This document shows positions 50,806 through 61,830 of a stretch of 64,000 bases of DNA, piece by piece; position 1 is the first letter of the stretch; each line of letters begins with the position of its first letter. The notes under the pieces are model-generated. The model did no database searches. It worked only from the letters and a program-made list of their open reading frames with translations, and was not told the DNA's origin. This stretch comes from Sphyrna mokarran (lineage: Eukaryota). Both the position numbers and the translations under genes were made by a program. The stretch is taken from contig JAGIQG010000007.1 in assembly GCA_024679065.1 (NCBI GenBank), positions 98,332,001 through 98,396,000 on the forward strand. Reading direction: 5' to 3'.

Positions 50806-52867
50806 AGTCTTCTGGCACTATACGCCAAAAGAGAGTTGGAAGATCTTAGCCAGTGCCTCTGCGATTTCACACCTTACTTCTGTTTGTATCCACAATAATG
50901 GAAATTTTAACAATCTTTGAACAAACAGCCTTTTCAGTACATCATCTTGATTAAATGTCAGTTCATCCATTTTCACAACTACCTCCTCATTCACTATGAA
51001 TTTAGCATCACCCTCTTCCTTTGGACATACATATAAAACCCAAAGAAATTAAAATAACATTGTTGTTAACTATAGCAATGTGCAATTGGGGACATAATAA
51101 GTAAAGACACTAAAGAATATATAGCATAGTTCAAGAATGATGCCAGGGTGGCAACAGTTAGTAGAACAGACTCTGGGACTTATGAAGGATCTTATTAGTC
51201 TTTCTGCAGTCAGTCCATTTTCTCTGCCTGGGCAGCAATATAGGGGTCAACTGAAAGCTCTAAGAAACTGAAAATGGTTAGGAGATATACAATAAGGAAG
51301 CAGCTTGTTCCACGATGGGATAATTGGCTTCAGTGGAGAATAGCGGTGTACTACTTTTTAAATAAATGAAAAAATGGATATACCTTTTAGCTATAGATGG
51401 TTACAGGAGTATTGGATATTGTAGAATCACTACAATGATCAGTAGTGATCATCCAAACAGTTTTAATAATTAATGTAGAATTTGATTTAGAATCTGAATG
51501 AATCTAATAATTGCCTCATCCCAATATCAACTTTTCTGCATACTTCAATAATCCTAAAAGGATAATCAATGTCAGGATCTAAAATGGGTGGGGAAACAAA
51601 TTCCATAAGTTAGTTACAGAGAAATGTTAAATTGGCCCAAAAGTTTATGCCAAGTGCTAGTTTGATTCACCTTACTGGCATCCTGTGTTTTGGTGGCATG
51701 TTTGTTGGACAGAACAGTGCTTTACAAAAGTTCTCTCCCAATTGAAGATAATAGAAAAAAAACGTTTTGAATTCACCAAGATAAAGATTTCACAGGTTGT
51801 GTGGTAAGCGAGTAAGGGCTTGCCTCTCTCCCAGCTGTTCAGGATTCAAGTCCCATTCCAGAATGTGATGGTCAAGGAAGATGCATTCGTAACAAAGCCA
51901 ACGGCTGAGAATCAACTTGCAAAATCCTTCCAACACATCTTAATGGCAGATGGTAAATGCACGAAAAACTCCTAGTCAGCCATGCTTGATGCAGAATGCT
52001 ACCCTTAAGCTGTAAGCCTCTGGCAACAGGCTAACAACCTGTCCCAGGAAAAGATTAGCTACAGGAACAGATGAGAGAACTACCTTATGTACCATTAAGT
52101 GCAAAAAGGATTTTGCTATTACTGTGGATGAAAAAGGATTTCACTATGACAGTTTTACAAACAAGAAAGCATCACAAATACCATGCAATAAGATAGCAGT
52201 ACGTTCATACATACACATAATACAGAATAAGTCCCAAAATATATTAAGACTTTAATAATAAAATATAGATCGAAATTAATCTCCTGGTAAGACTGGTTTT
52301 GCATACCACTTGGTCAATTTCGAAGGAACCAGCACTTCTTAAAAATCACTCCATGTGAGCACCAGAATTCACATAACAAATAGCTCCTAGTAAATGTGCA
52401 GGATTTCCACTACTGCAAGCTCAGTGTTACATGCAAACGCGCATTGCGGCTTCGCCAAAGCTCAACAACATACAGCAAGCGGAATGCATACATTAAAAAA
52501 ACACCGGTAGCAGCTGAAATAGTTCTCCAGCGATTGCTCAACTGGCGCTTACACTTCCCCAAATCTCGCACCCTCCACAAGATTTAGGAAGGGGAACGTG
52601 CGCATACAGAGAGCCTGAGCTAGGCTCGCAGCTCCTCGGGAGGGGGGAAGGAAAAGATTTCAATGACAGTCAAGCTGACAATCTCAGGTTGCCAGCCGGT
52701 TCCTCACGGGGGGAAAGAATGGGTCAGTATTTAGCAGGGCCCGGGGCCTTGCTCCTCTGTCATTTTCCCCACTGAACTGGCAACAACTACCCCACCCCCC
52801 CGCGCCAAACCCAATCACATAAGGCGGCCGCCACCTTCCAGACACCGGGGACTTTACACGAACGTAC

Positions 52868-53000
52868 CGACTGAAGGGCTGGACAGGGGGGGGGAAGGGA
52901 AGAGACAGGGTTGCCCCGCTGCTGCTTGCCAGTGCTCCTATAACCGCTCCCCGCCGCGTTCCTCCTCACATTGCTCGAGATACCGAGTACCGGGAGCTCA
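52868..53000 (-). other. ATP6V1C1: Probable non-coding exon 1 (5' UTR) of ATP6V1C1; transcription start approximate
   Basis: Exon 2 begins with an acceptor, so an upstream exon is required. This is the only CpG island upstream, and it has a good donor TCG|GTACGT at 52867. The 5' boundary is a guess. Confidence 0.55.
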
Positions 53001-53270
53001 GTCAGCTGAGTCCCCGCGCGCTTGCGCACTCCCGGAGTTCGGTTGGTCAGCTGAGCCCCGCACGCTTTTGCGCACTCCCGGAGTTCGGTTGGTCAGCTGA
53101 GCCCCAGGCGCCTGCGCAGTCGCAGATAGGTCGGGTCAGCTGAGTCCTTGCGTGCCTGCGCAGTGCTAGGATTGGTCCGGCAGCTCCTGTCCCTGTGCGC
53201 CTGCGTAGTGCTGGGATCGGTCCGGCAGATGCCCCTGTGCGCCTGCGCACTGCTGGAATCGGCTCGGCAG
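53001..53270. repeat. Tandem array of six diverged 42-46 bp units (E-box CAGCTG plus NRF1-like motif)
   Basis: Units start at about 53001, 53046, 53092, 53135, 53179 and 53224, each reading g(t/g)cag...gcgc(c/t)tgcgca; units 1 and 2 are nearly identical. Confidence 0.9.
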
Positions 53271-53329
53271 TTCTGTGCCTTCCCCAAAAATCTTTTAAGT
53301 ATCAGAAAAATAGAATGCCAGTCTTTTCG

Positions 53330-54020
53330 GCACACTGTGTACCTGGTGAATGGTATTCTCACGTAACATACTCTTGCACACGGTACCTACTCTTGTAACT
53401 CGGCCAACGTTGTCTACCTAATACGTTGCAAGAAAGGATGTCCCGAAGCATGGTACATTGGGGAACCATGCAGACACTACGACAGCGGATGAATGCGCAT
53501 CGCTCAACAATCACCAGGCAAAACAGTTCCCTTCCTGTGCGCGAACACTTCAGCAGTCACGGGCATTCGGCCTCCGACCTGCGGGTAAATGTTCTTCAAG
53601 GGGGCCTTCGTGACACACGACAGCGCAGAGTCGCTGAGCAGAGACTGATAGCCAAGTTCCGCACACGAGGATGGTCTTAACAGGGATCTTGGCTTCATGT
53701 CACACTATCTGTAACCCCCGTGACTTGCCTGGGTTAGCAAAAAACCTCACTTACTGTGCTGTCTGGAGAAAATACACATTTCTCTAACCAATGCTCAGTA
53801 TTCCCTTCATACACATTGTTAGCCACTTTAACACTTGAATAGCAGGTTAGATGTAAGGATTTGCATTCTAATCAGCAATCTGTGACTGTCTGTGCTGATG
53901 TATGCTAATGCAGACCAGAACACTGCATTTGCCTGACGAAGACGAAAGTCAAAAGCTCGCAGATTTACTATCAAATAAATCGGTTGGATTTAAAATTGGT
54001 GTTGCTAGATTCTTACTGAG
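53330..54020 (+). mobile_element. Penelope-like retroelement 3' part: frameshifted GIY-YIG endonuclease plus pLTR tail
   Basis: Translates to HGTYSCNSANVVYLIRCKKGCPEAWYIG/TMQTLRQRMNAHRSTITRQ...AEQRLIAKFRT/DGLNRDLGFMSHYL*, with VVY-YIG, R..H and GLN motifs; tail aaataaatcggttggatttaaaattggtgttg. Confidence 0.9.
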
Positions 54021-54039
54021 CTGCTTAGAGTCAGCAGAC

Positions 54040-54780
54040 TGGTCAATATTTAAAAACTCAGCATCTTAACGAGTACGCCACTACAGTAACTGACTTTGTT
54101 AGTGAATGTGTTGAAAACAGTATGCCAAAAAAGCAAATTTGTATGTTTCCCAGCTAGAAAGCATGGATGGACAGGAATATCCACTGCTTGCTGAAGTCCA
54201 GGTTTGAAGTGTTTAAGTCAGACCTCCACAAGAAAGCAAGATAAGATCAACGAAGATCCATTAAAGATGCCAAAAGATGGTATCGGACCAAGCTAGAGTC
54301 CCAGGCTGGCACAAGGACTCATGCCAACCATGGCAAGGTCAGCAAGACATAACAGATTACAAGATGAAGGCGTATAAAAGCGTCAACATCAATGCACCCC
54401 GTCTACACTTCTCACTGTCTCGAAAAAGCACAATTAAGGACCCCATGCATCCAGACATTCTCTCTTCCACCTTCTTCTGTTGAGAAAAAAATACAGAAGT
54501 CTGAAGACATGTACCTGTTGCGGCAGTAGGCAAACTATAGTGGATCCAGGCAATCTGAGAGGCCAGAATTGATTCGCCATGACTAACATTTTGAAACACT
54601 TCATAATGATGGATGTCACAGCTACAGGACAATTGTCATTAAGGCTCGCTGCCTTGCTTTTTTTTTGATACTGGGATAACGGTCATCTTCTTGAAGCAGA
54701 TAGGGACTTCAGGTTGGTGTAAAGAAAGGTTGAAGATGTCTGAGAAATACCCCTGCCAGCTGGTCCATGCAGGATCTTTT
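54040..54780. mobile_element. Rearranged Rex1/Babar-type LINE fragments (plus, then minus)
   Basis: EYATTVTDFV...FPS*KAWMD on plus; MTSIIMKCFKMLVM (ALTS..MKCFERLV motif) on minus. Confidence 0.7.
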
Positions 54781-55212
54781 GGGGAGAATTCTGCCCTTGA
54801 ACTGCAGTGTTATTGTATCACAACTGGATCTTAAATGATTTTAAACCAGTATCTGATGTTTCAAAGCAGCCATTTGTTCATTGCAGTTTACAGGAAATTA
54901 CACCCTCTATCTATATTAAGTTATTAAATAAAAATTAAGATTCTAATTCTCAATGTACATTACCGATTGTAGGTTATTATTTTTGTTCTGATAATGCAAC
55001 ATTTAATGTCAAGGATAATGTGTAATTCAATGCACTTTCAGCTCTGTTATCTCTGTTTTACAGGTTATACACTGCAATGCAAAATGAACAAAAACAAGAA
55101 GGCAAATTTGAACTGCTGGGCAGAGTGACAGTTGGATGCCCGGCTGCCTGCCCTGGAACCACAATGAGAGCCTGGTCCACTTCAACAGCCAGGCCTGACT
55201 TACATTCAGTCA

Positions 55213-55397
55213 TGATGTGGAGATGCTGGCATTGGACTTGGGTAAGAACAGTAAGAAGTCTCACACTAGATTAAAGTCCAACAGATTTATTTGGCAGCAC
55301 AACCTTTCGGAAGGAGCCGAGACTCCAAAAGCTTATACTATCAAATAAACCTGTTGAACTTTAACCTGGTGTTGTGAGACTCTTTACTGTGCTTACA
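55213..55397. mobile_element. Short fold-back Penelope pLTR derivative
   Basis: Same family as the termini at 2997 and 7416; arms acagtaagaagtctcacactagattaaagtccaacagatttatttg and caaataaacctgttgaactttaacctggtgttgtgagactctttactgt. Confidence 0.8.
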
Positions 55398-55569
55398 TTC
55401 AGTCAGTCAGTTAGCCACTACCTGTTAAATCCAGTTTCTTCAAGGCAGCTCACCAGCTGTGACCTGATAAACTCTGCATCATTTATCCAATCCTAACATT
55501 TCCTGTTTTGTCTGACAGCATTAAATAATATCTGGAGTTGCTGTCCCAAATTTACATCCAGGGTTGAAT

Positions 55570-55800
55570 TTTCCCATTCCAATCCGCCAGTCACTAAGGG
55601 GCAATTTAGCATGGCCAATCAACCCACTCCTCAGATCTTTGGACTGTGGGAGGAAACCAGAGGACCCGGAGAAAACTGGAGAACCCGGAGGAAACCCATG
55701 CAGACACAGGGAGAACATGTGAACTCCACACAGACATTCAGCCTAGGCCAGAATTGAAGCCAGGTCCCTGTGTTGTGAGGCAACAGTGTTAACCACTGTA
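55570..55800 (-). mobile_element. HE1-like V-SINE
   Basis: V-domain with a short internal duplication, plus tRNA head. Confidence 0.85.
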
Positions 55801-56134
55801 ATAATTACACAATTAAGTCCGTATTCATTTTCATTATCTATTTGAACTTTACTATCATTTACTTAATTGCTAGCATTAAATAATTGGAATGGAAAATTAA
55901 TAAACTGCTTTGTGAATTAATTATTCCAATTCACCATTGTCCTTTTTGTAGTTGTATCACAGCCCTCTTTTCAGTTGCCATGCTGGATTTTGAATTAATT
56001 GGATTTTCCCTAAACATTAATTTATCTTGTGCCTATATCAGTTTAAGTTCTTTTCTGTTGCTTTGAGTTTTACGAATGAAAAAATGTCTAATTTATTTCT
56101 GCTGAGGATTTGACAATTCAAACATCCATTTATG

Positions 56135-56448
56135 TTAATTTTATTATTGTCACAAGTAGGCTTACGTTAACACTGCAATGAGGTTACTGTGAAAACCCCC
56201 TTGTTGCCACACTCCGGCAACTGTTCAGGTACACTGAGGGAGAATTTTACGTGACCAATGCACCAAAGTAGCATTTCTTCTGGACTGTAGGAGGAAACCA
56301 CAGCACCTGGAGGAAACAAAAACATGGAAAACGCAAACACGGGGAGAACATGCAGACTGCGCACAGACAGTGACCCAAGCCAGGAATTGATCCCTGGTCC
56401 CTGGCACTGTGAGGCAGCAGTACAAATCATTATGCCACTTTGCTGCCC
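56135..56448 (-). mobile_element. V-SINE subfamily with a non-CR1 tail
   Basis: V-domain joined to ttattgtcacaagtaggcttacgttaacactgcaatgaggttactgtgaaaa; the same tail occurs at 37376-37520 (-) and 48140-48385 (+). Confidence 0.8.
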
Positions 56449-58199
56449 TCATATTTCTTCTAACCACAAATGAGGCAGCGATGACGCGGTGGATAGTGCA
56501 TGGTAAGGATACTATTTCTTTGCCAAATTACACGTGGAACATTTAAATGATACTATGAAATGTGATACCACATTTTCACTCTCAAATACAAGGGCCACTA
56601 GGTGGAGTCTGTTTGCTATCTTTGTACAAAATTTGTTATGTGTTTACAATGTTTTTCAGTTGATACAATCAATGTGGACGTCACTGACAAAGTCAGTACT
56701 GCGTATTGCAGGTTGTCCTTGAGAAGGTGATGGTGTGCTATCTTCAAACACTGCATTCCACACAATGTCGGCACTGTCACAATGCTGTTTGACTGGGAAT
56801 TCCAGGACTTCGACAGTGAAAATGAAGGAAAGGTTATGGACTGTAACCTCCATGCTCCCCAACGTCAGATTCGGGGATACCCCAAAGATGTGCTGAGGAA
56901 TCCCTTGCAGAATTTCACAGGTAAGATTTGGCACAGCTGTTGCCCGGAAGTGGAAACTTCAACTGAGCAATTCCTTTGCATTGGGAACTATCTGAAAATG
57001 TGATTTAAATCACAAACTTTGGATGTCTCCACCACGGTTACGTCAATAATTACATGGAAGAAGTTGTAAGAATTAAAACTTCTAACTTCTGCATATCTAT
57101 TGTACAGAGCCAATCTGAGCCCCACAGGATTCCCCCCACACCTCTGACTCTTCAGGGAACTCTGCCCACATCCTGACTACTTGCTCTCATGTGGCGCCCC
57201 AACATCCTGACCATACCAATTGGATTCCTATTACCTACATGGTATTTACCCCCACCCAGGACTGACTGGACCTGACTTGAGGCCCAAAGCAATGCAAACA
57301 CCTCTATAAGGCAGGAATCCTAATAGGTAGTAAGATTTTCAAACCATTAGACATTACAACACTGACAACACTGCCAGCATTAAGTTAAAGGACCTTTAAA
57401 ATCAGTTTATGAACTAACAAGAAAGCAATTTACCTTCACGAGATGCAGGAAGAGGTTTAAACAAGTGATTATGATTTTAAAATGCATATACTGATATTTT
57501 GAATGTATTGATGTTTTATTAAAGAATCATTGTTCACTTTAGCAAAAGGCAATTAGTTGCAAAGCATCATGGTAAAGGACATTAGGGCAAAGTCATATTC
57601 TAAGAAAATGGTTAAGCCTTGAGAATATTCTATCAGTGAAATTTCAGTTGGAGAGAACATTTAGAACACTTAATCAGATTTCATAAATAGGGTTTATTCA
57701 CTGTCCAGATAAGACGAATGCATGCCCAAACATGGAGTCATGTGTTAATCTGGTTTGGCATTGACCTATAGGGGAACTCATGGGAACATTCATTTGAACT
57801 TTGGTCAAGCATCTGAGGTTACTAGGCAACATGGAAAGTGGGGGCAGCCAAAATAGGAGTTAGGTTCCAGAATCTATGCACTAATAAAATGCCATTAAGC
57901 CAGAGAGTAAAAAATAATTGATTAAGGTATATAATAGGTATTATTGTTAACTTATGATATTGAAGATGATTGATTTAAAGCTAATGGAAGGCACATGCTA
58001 TTGATAAGAAAACCTATAATCGATCTGTTTTGAATTGTATATGTCAGATTTCACTGGAGAGGTCTAGCTGCTCTACCTCAGAATTGCTCTGACCCTTTGA
58101 TGATTTCTCCTAGCAGCTGTTGTTAAGTAAAGGTAATGTTTTTAAACTGATACACTGGCTTCATGAGTCTTGATGTTTCGGTGGTAAGGGCCATGTTAG

Positions 58200-58450
58200 A
58201 AACTTCACCAACACCACCCCCCCAACTCCACCATTCAACCCAACCAATACCACCCCCCCCGGCCATTGAACCCCCTCTTGACCTGCCTCTTCTCCCAATG
58301 TGTTTTCACCCCAACTCCCAAGGTCCAACACCCCCACTCCCACACCCACCCAAGGTCCCACCACCCATAAGCACACTCCCCAGTGAGACCCAACTACCCC
58401 ACCCCACACACCTCCACTTCCCTCCCTCTTGGAGGCCTCACCTCCCCTGA
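58200..58450. repeat. C-rich low-complexity tract (G-runs on the minus strand)
   Basis: Many CCC/CCCC runs; the Pro-rich and Gly-rich ORFs here are compositional artefacts. Confidence 0.7.
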
Positions 58451-59286
58451 TAGATAGTGGTGGTCAGCTGAAATGTTTAAGATGGTGAAAAGGGTACATA
58501 ACAAGTGGGCTGCACTTGTAGCCTCAGCATTTACGTGGCTGTTTCAGTTAGGTCAATGGCTACCCCAGGTATGGATTTGATGATGGTAGTGGCAGAGAAT
58601 CCCTACCATGCAGAAGGAGGCCATTTGACTCATTGACTCTGCACCAACCACAGTCTCACACATTTACCCTGCTAATCCCCCTGACACTTGGGTCAATTTA
58701 GCATGGCCAATCAATCTAACTCACACAAGTTTGGACTGAATATCAAGAGGTGGTGGTTAAACTCTTACTTAATGAAGATAGCCATTGCCTGATTTGTTTG
58801 ATAGACAGCTGATGGTATCTCACTGACTTAATTGAAACTAAATTAATTCCATCATTGATTTTTATTCTGAATGTGTTAAGGATGTGAGTTCAATTACCAA
58901 AATCCATGCTCTCTTTTTGTCTCATGAATAGTAAGTTTAGTTAAAATTCTTGTTAGAATAGCTTGTTCACATTATTAGTGACATCTGATTTATGGTCTGT
59001 ATTTATATTAAAAACACATTCGGATATCCTCTCTATTTGGTCTTAACACACCATTGTATTTCATATTTTCAATCTACTTAACAGTACAAGCATTACATCC
59101 CTGGTTTTAAAATATGCGTACGTCCCCATTGACACAACGCATCTCCTTTATTGTTCAAGCTCTAACTTCATTTGAAAGAGTACAATCTAAATAAATACTT
59201 CAGATTGTGCTAGAGATGTTCTTCAAATTCACTTAACCAGCATGAACTTTGGGAGCTATCGAATTAAAACAGGACCACTAGTGTTT

Positions 59287-59570
59287 CATAGAATTCTTAC
59301 AGTGCAGAAAGAGGTTATTCAGTCCATCAAATCTGTACCAACTCACTGACAAAAACATCATTCCCAGGCCTACTCCCATCCTATCCCCATGCATTTACCC
59401 AACTAACCTATACATCTTAGGATATTAAGGGGCAATTTGGACTGTGGGAGGAAAGCCATGCAGACAAAAGGAAAACATGCAAACTCCGCACAGAAAGTCA
59501 CTCAAGGCCAGAATTGAACCTGGTCTCTGGTACTGTGGGGCAGCAGTGCTAACCACTATGGCACCATGTG
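59287..59570 (-). mobile_element. HE1-like V-SINE
   Basis: Tail, partial V-domain and head gcagcagtgctaaccactatggcacc. Confidence 0.8.
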
Positions 59571-60264
59571 TTATTATAGTTGAATGCTCATCCAACGCCA
59601 ACCATCCAGGCACATAGATGAAGGAAAGACTCGGAGTAAATTAGAGAGATATCAACACAGCTGAGGAGCAAGTTAGGAAAAAATAGTACTAGGCATCAGT
59701 ATAACTGTCATTTACTCAACGTAATCGCAATTGATGTGTGAAGATTGGGCTGAGTGTATATTGGTATTAATCCTACTTCCATAACATTCTTGGAGGAAAT
59801 TTTCACATCTTATTTGGCTGCATAGTTTCTCGTGACAATAATGCATTTGTCTTAAGTTTACCTTCTCCTTAGGATCTGAATGTTCTCCTGTTCTTTGACC
59901 TTGAGATTTAAGCTGAAGAAATATGTCGAGGTAAAAATGTATACCTTTGTCAAGCAAATAAAGCAACGTAAGTAAAGTTGCCACAGTCCCAGGAGACTGT
60001 TGGCTACTCTGTTCTTTTTAGGGGAGAGCTAACTGGAGGTGATTTAACCTGAGGATTACTACACCTTAGGCGAAAGGCAAGGTTGAGAAGGCAGGTCTTC
60101 AAAAATAACCTGAGCCAATGCAGGAACTGAACTGGCACAATTGGCAAGCAAATATATTTTATCTAAGTGCCAGAAGGATAACTAGAAAGCAGTAAAAGGA
60201 TTTTATTGTAACCCAGCACAGAGTCAACCTGAAGTGTTTTGTTCATACGAATATATGAATAAAT

Positions 60265-61830
60265 AAAATAGGAGCGTAAGTAGGCCATTCAGCCTCTCAA
60301 GTCTGCTTGTTCAATAAGATTATAGCTGATCAATGTTTCACATTCTACATTCTCAGTTGGCTCCAATAACCTTTGACTCCCTTGCCTAAGAAGAACCTAT
60401 CTATCACAACCTAAAAAATATTCTGCAAATCCACTTCTACTACCTTCTGGCGCAAAGAGTTTCAAGTTGCTCAAGCCTTTGAGAGAATAAAAAGTTTTTC
60501 TCATCTCTGCCCTAAAAGAATGACCCCTAATTTTAAAACAATGCCCCTCGTTCTGGACACACCCACAAGAGGAAATTTTGTTTCCATACACAACTTGTTA
60601 ATAACATTCAGTCTTGTTTTCTTCTAAACTCCAGTGAAGCAAGCCCAGTCTGTCCAACATTTACTCATAAGACAACCTATTGATTCCAGGTATTAATCTG
60701 GCTGATCTCCTCTGAACTTTTTCCAATGCATTTACAACCTTTCTTAAATAAGGAGACCAAAACTGCATATATATGTGATCTCACCGATGTCTGTATAAAT
60801 GAAACATAATATCCTTACTTTCACAGAATCCGTACAACACAGAAGAAGGCCATTCAGCCCATCAAGTCTACACCAACAACAATCCCACCCAAGCCCTATA
60901 CCCATAACCCCAAATGTTTACCCTACGAATTTTCCTGACACTAAGGGATAATTTACCATAGCCAATCAACCTAACCCACACATCTTTGGAGTGTGGGAGG
61001 AAACCGGAGCACCCAGAGGAAACCCATACAGACATGGGGAGAAAGTGCAGGCTCTGCACAGACAGTGACCCAAGCTGAGCATCAAACCTGGGTACCTGGT
61101 ATTATGAGGTAGCAGTGCTAACCACTGTGGTACCCCTTCAATTCCTCACCCAATAAAGAGCATTAGTACTTGTGTACTAATCTTTTGTGAGTCATGCACA
61201 AAAACACCTAGATCTCTCTTTAAATAATACTGTTTTGATTCTTCCTGCCAAAGTAAACAACTTTATATGTTCCCATATTATCCTCCAACTACCAGATTTC
61301 TGCCCACTCACTCAACCTTTCTAGATCTGTCTGCAACCTCCTTACGTCTTCACAACATATCTTCTCTCCTATCTTTGTGTCACCTGCACATTTAGCTGCT
61401 ATGCCTCATCTAAGTCATTGTTATAAATTGTGAAAAGTCAAGATCCCTGTGGAACTCCATTTGTCACATTCTGCCAATCAGGAGAAACCCATTTATGCAT
61501 ACTCTCTGCTTTCTGCCAGCCAGCCACTCTCTACCAAGCTAACATGCTACCCCCTAGACTATGAGCTTTTATTTTTCACAATAACCTTTGATGTGGTATC
61601 GTATCAAATGTCTTCTGGAAATATAAGTACAACATGTCTGCAGGTGCCCCTTGATCCATAGAGCAAGTAACTCCTATGAAGACCGCCAAGAAATCATGTT
61701 GGTTGAACATGATTTCTCTTTCACAAAACCATTCCTCCCAGTTACTTTGAGTTTTTCTGAGTGCCCAGCTATAACTTCCTTAATGATCAATTCTAAAACC
61801 TTCCCCATGACAGGCTGGTTTACCTGACCC
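60265..61830 (-). mobile_element. Old CR1 fragment
   Basis: ataggagcgtaagtaggccattcagcc tail; GHCFKIRG..F and GKVLELIIKEVI..NGFVKEKSCSTN remnants. Confidence 0.8.
60822..61130 (-). mobile_element. HE1-like V-SINE inserted in an old CR1
   Basis: Full V-domain gtgggaggaaaccggagcacccagaggaaacccatacagacatggggaga. Confidence 0.9.

Larger units (their letters stand above)
52430..53290. promoter_or_regulatory. CpG island / housekeeping promoter of ATP6V1C1
   Basis: Abrupt rise in GC and CpG content against a CpG-depleted background, 10 kb upstream of exon 2; contains repeated TGCGCNNGCGCA-type motifs. Confidence 0.85.

Noticed and set aside
53001-53270. CRISPR-like appearance of the regularly spaced repeats
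   Set aside because: Whole units are homologous with no unique spacers, there are no cas genes and the context is vertebrate; it is a minisatellite.
52787-53398. Overlapping Arg/Ala-rich ORFs in the CpG island
   Set aside because: By-products of GC-rich tandem repeats, with no recognisable protein.
58161-58450. Pro-rich and Gly-rich ORFs
   Set aside because: Low-complexity C-rich DNA.
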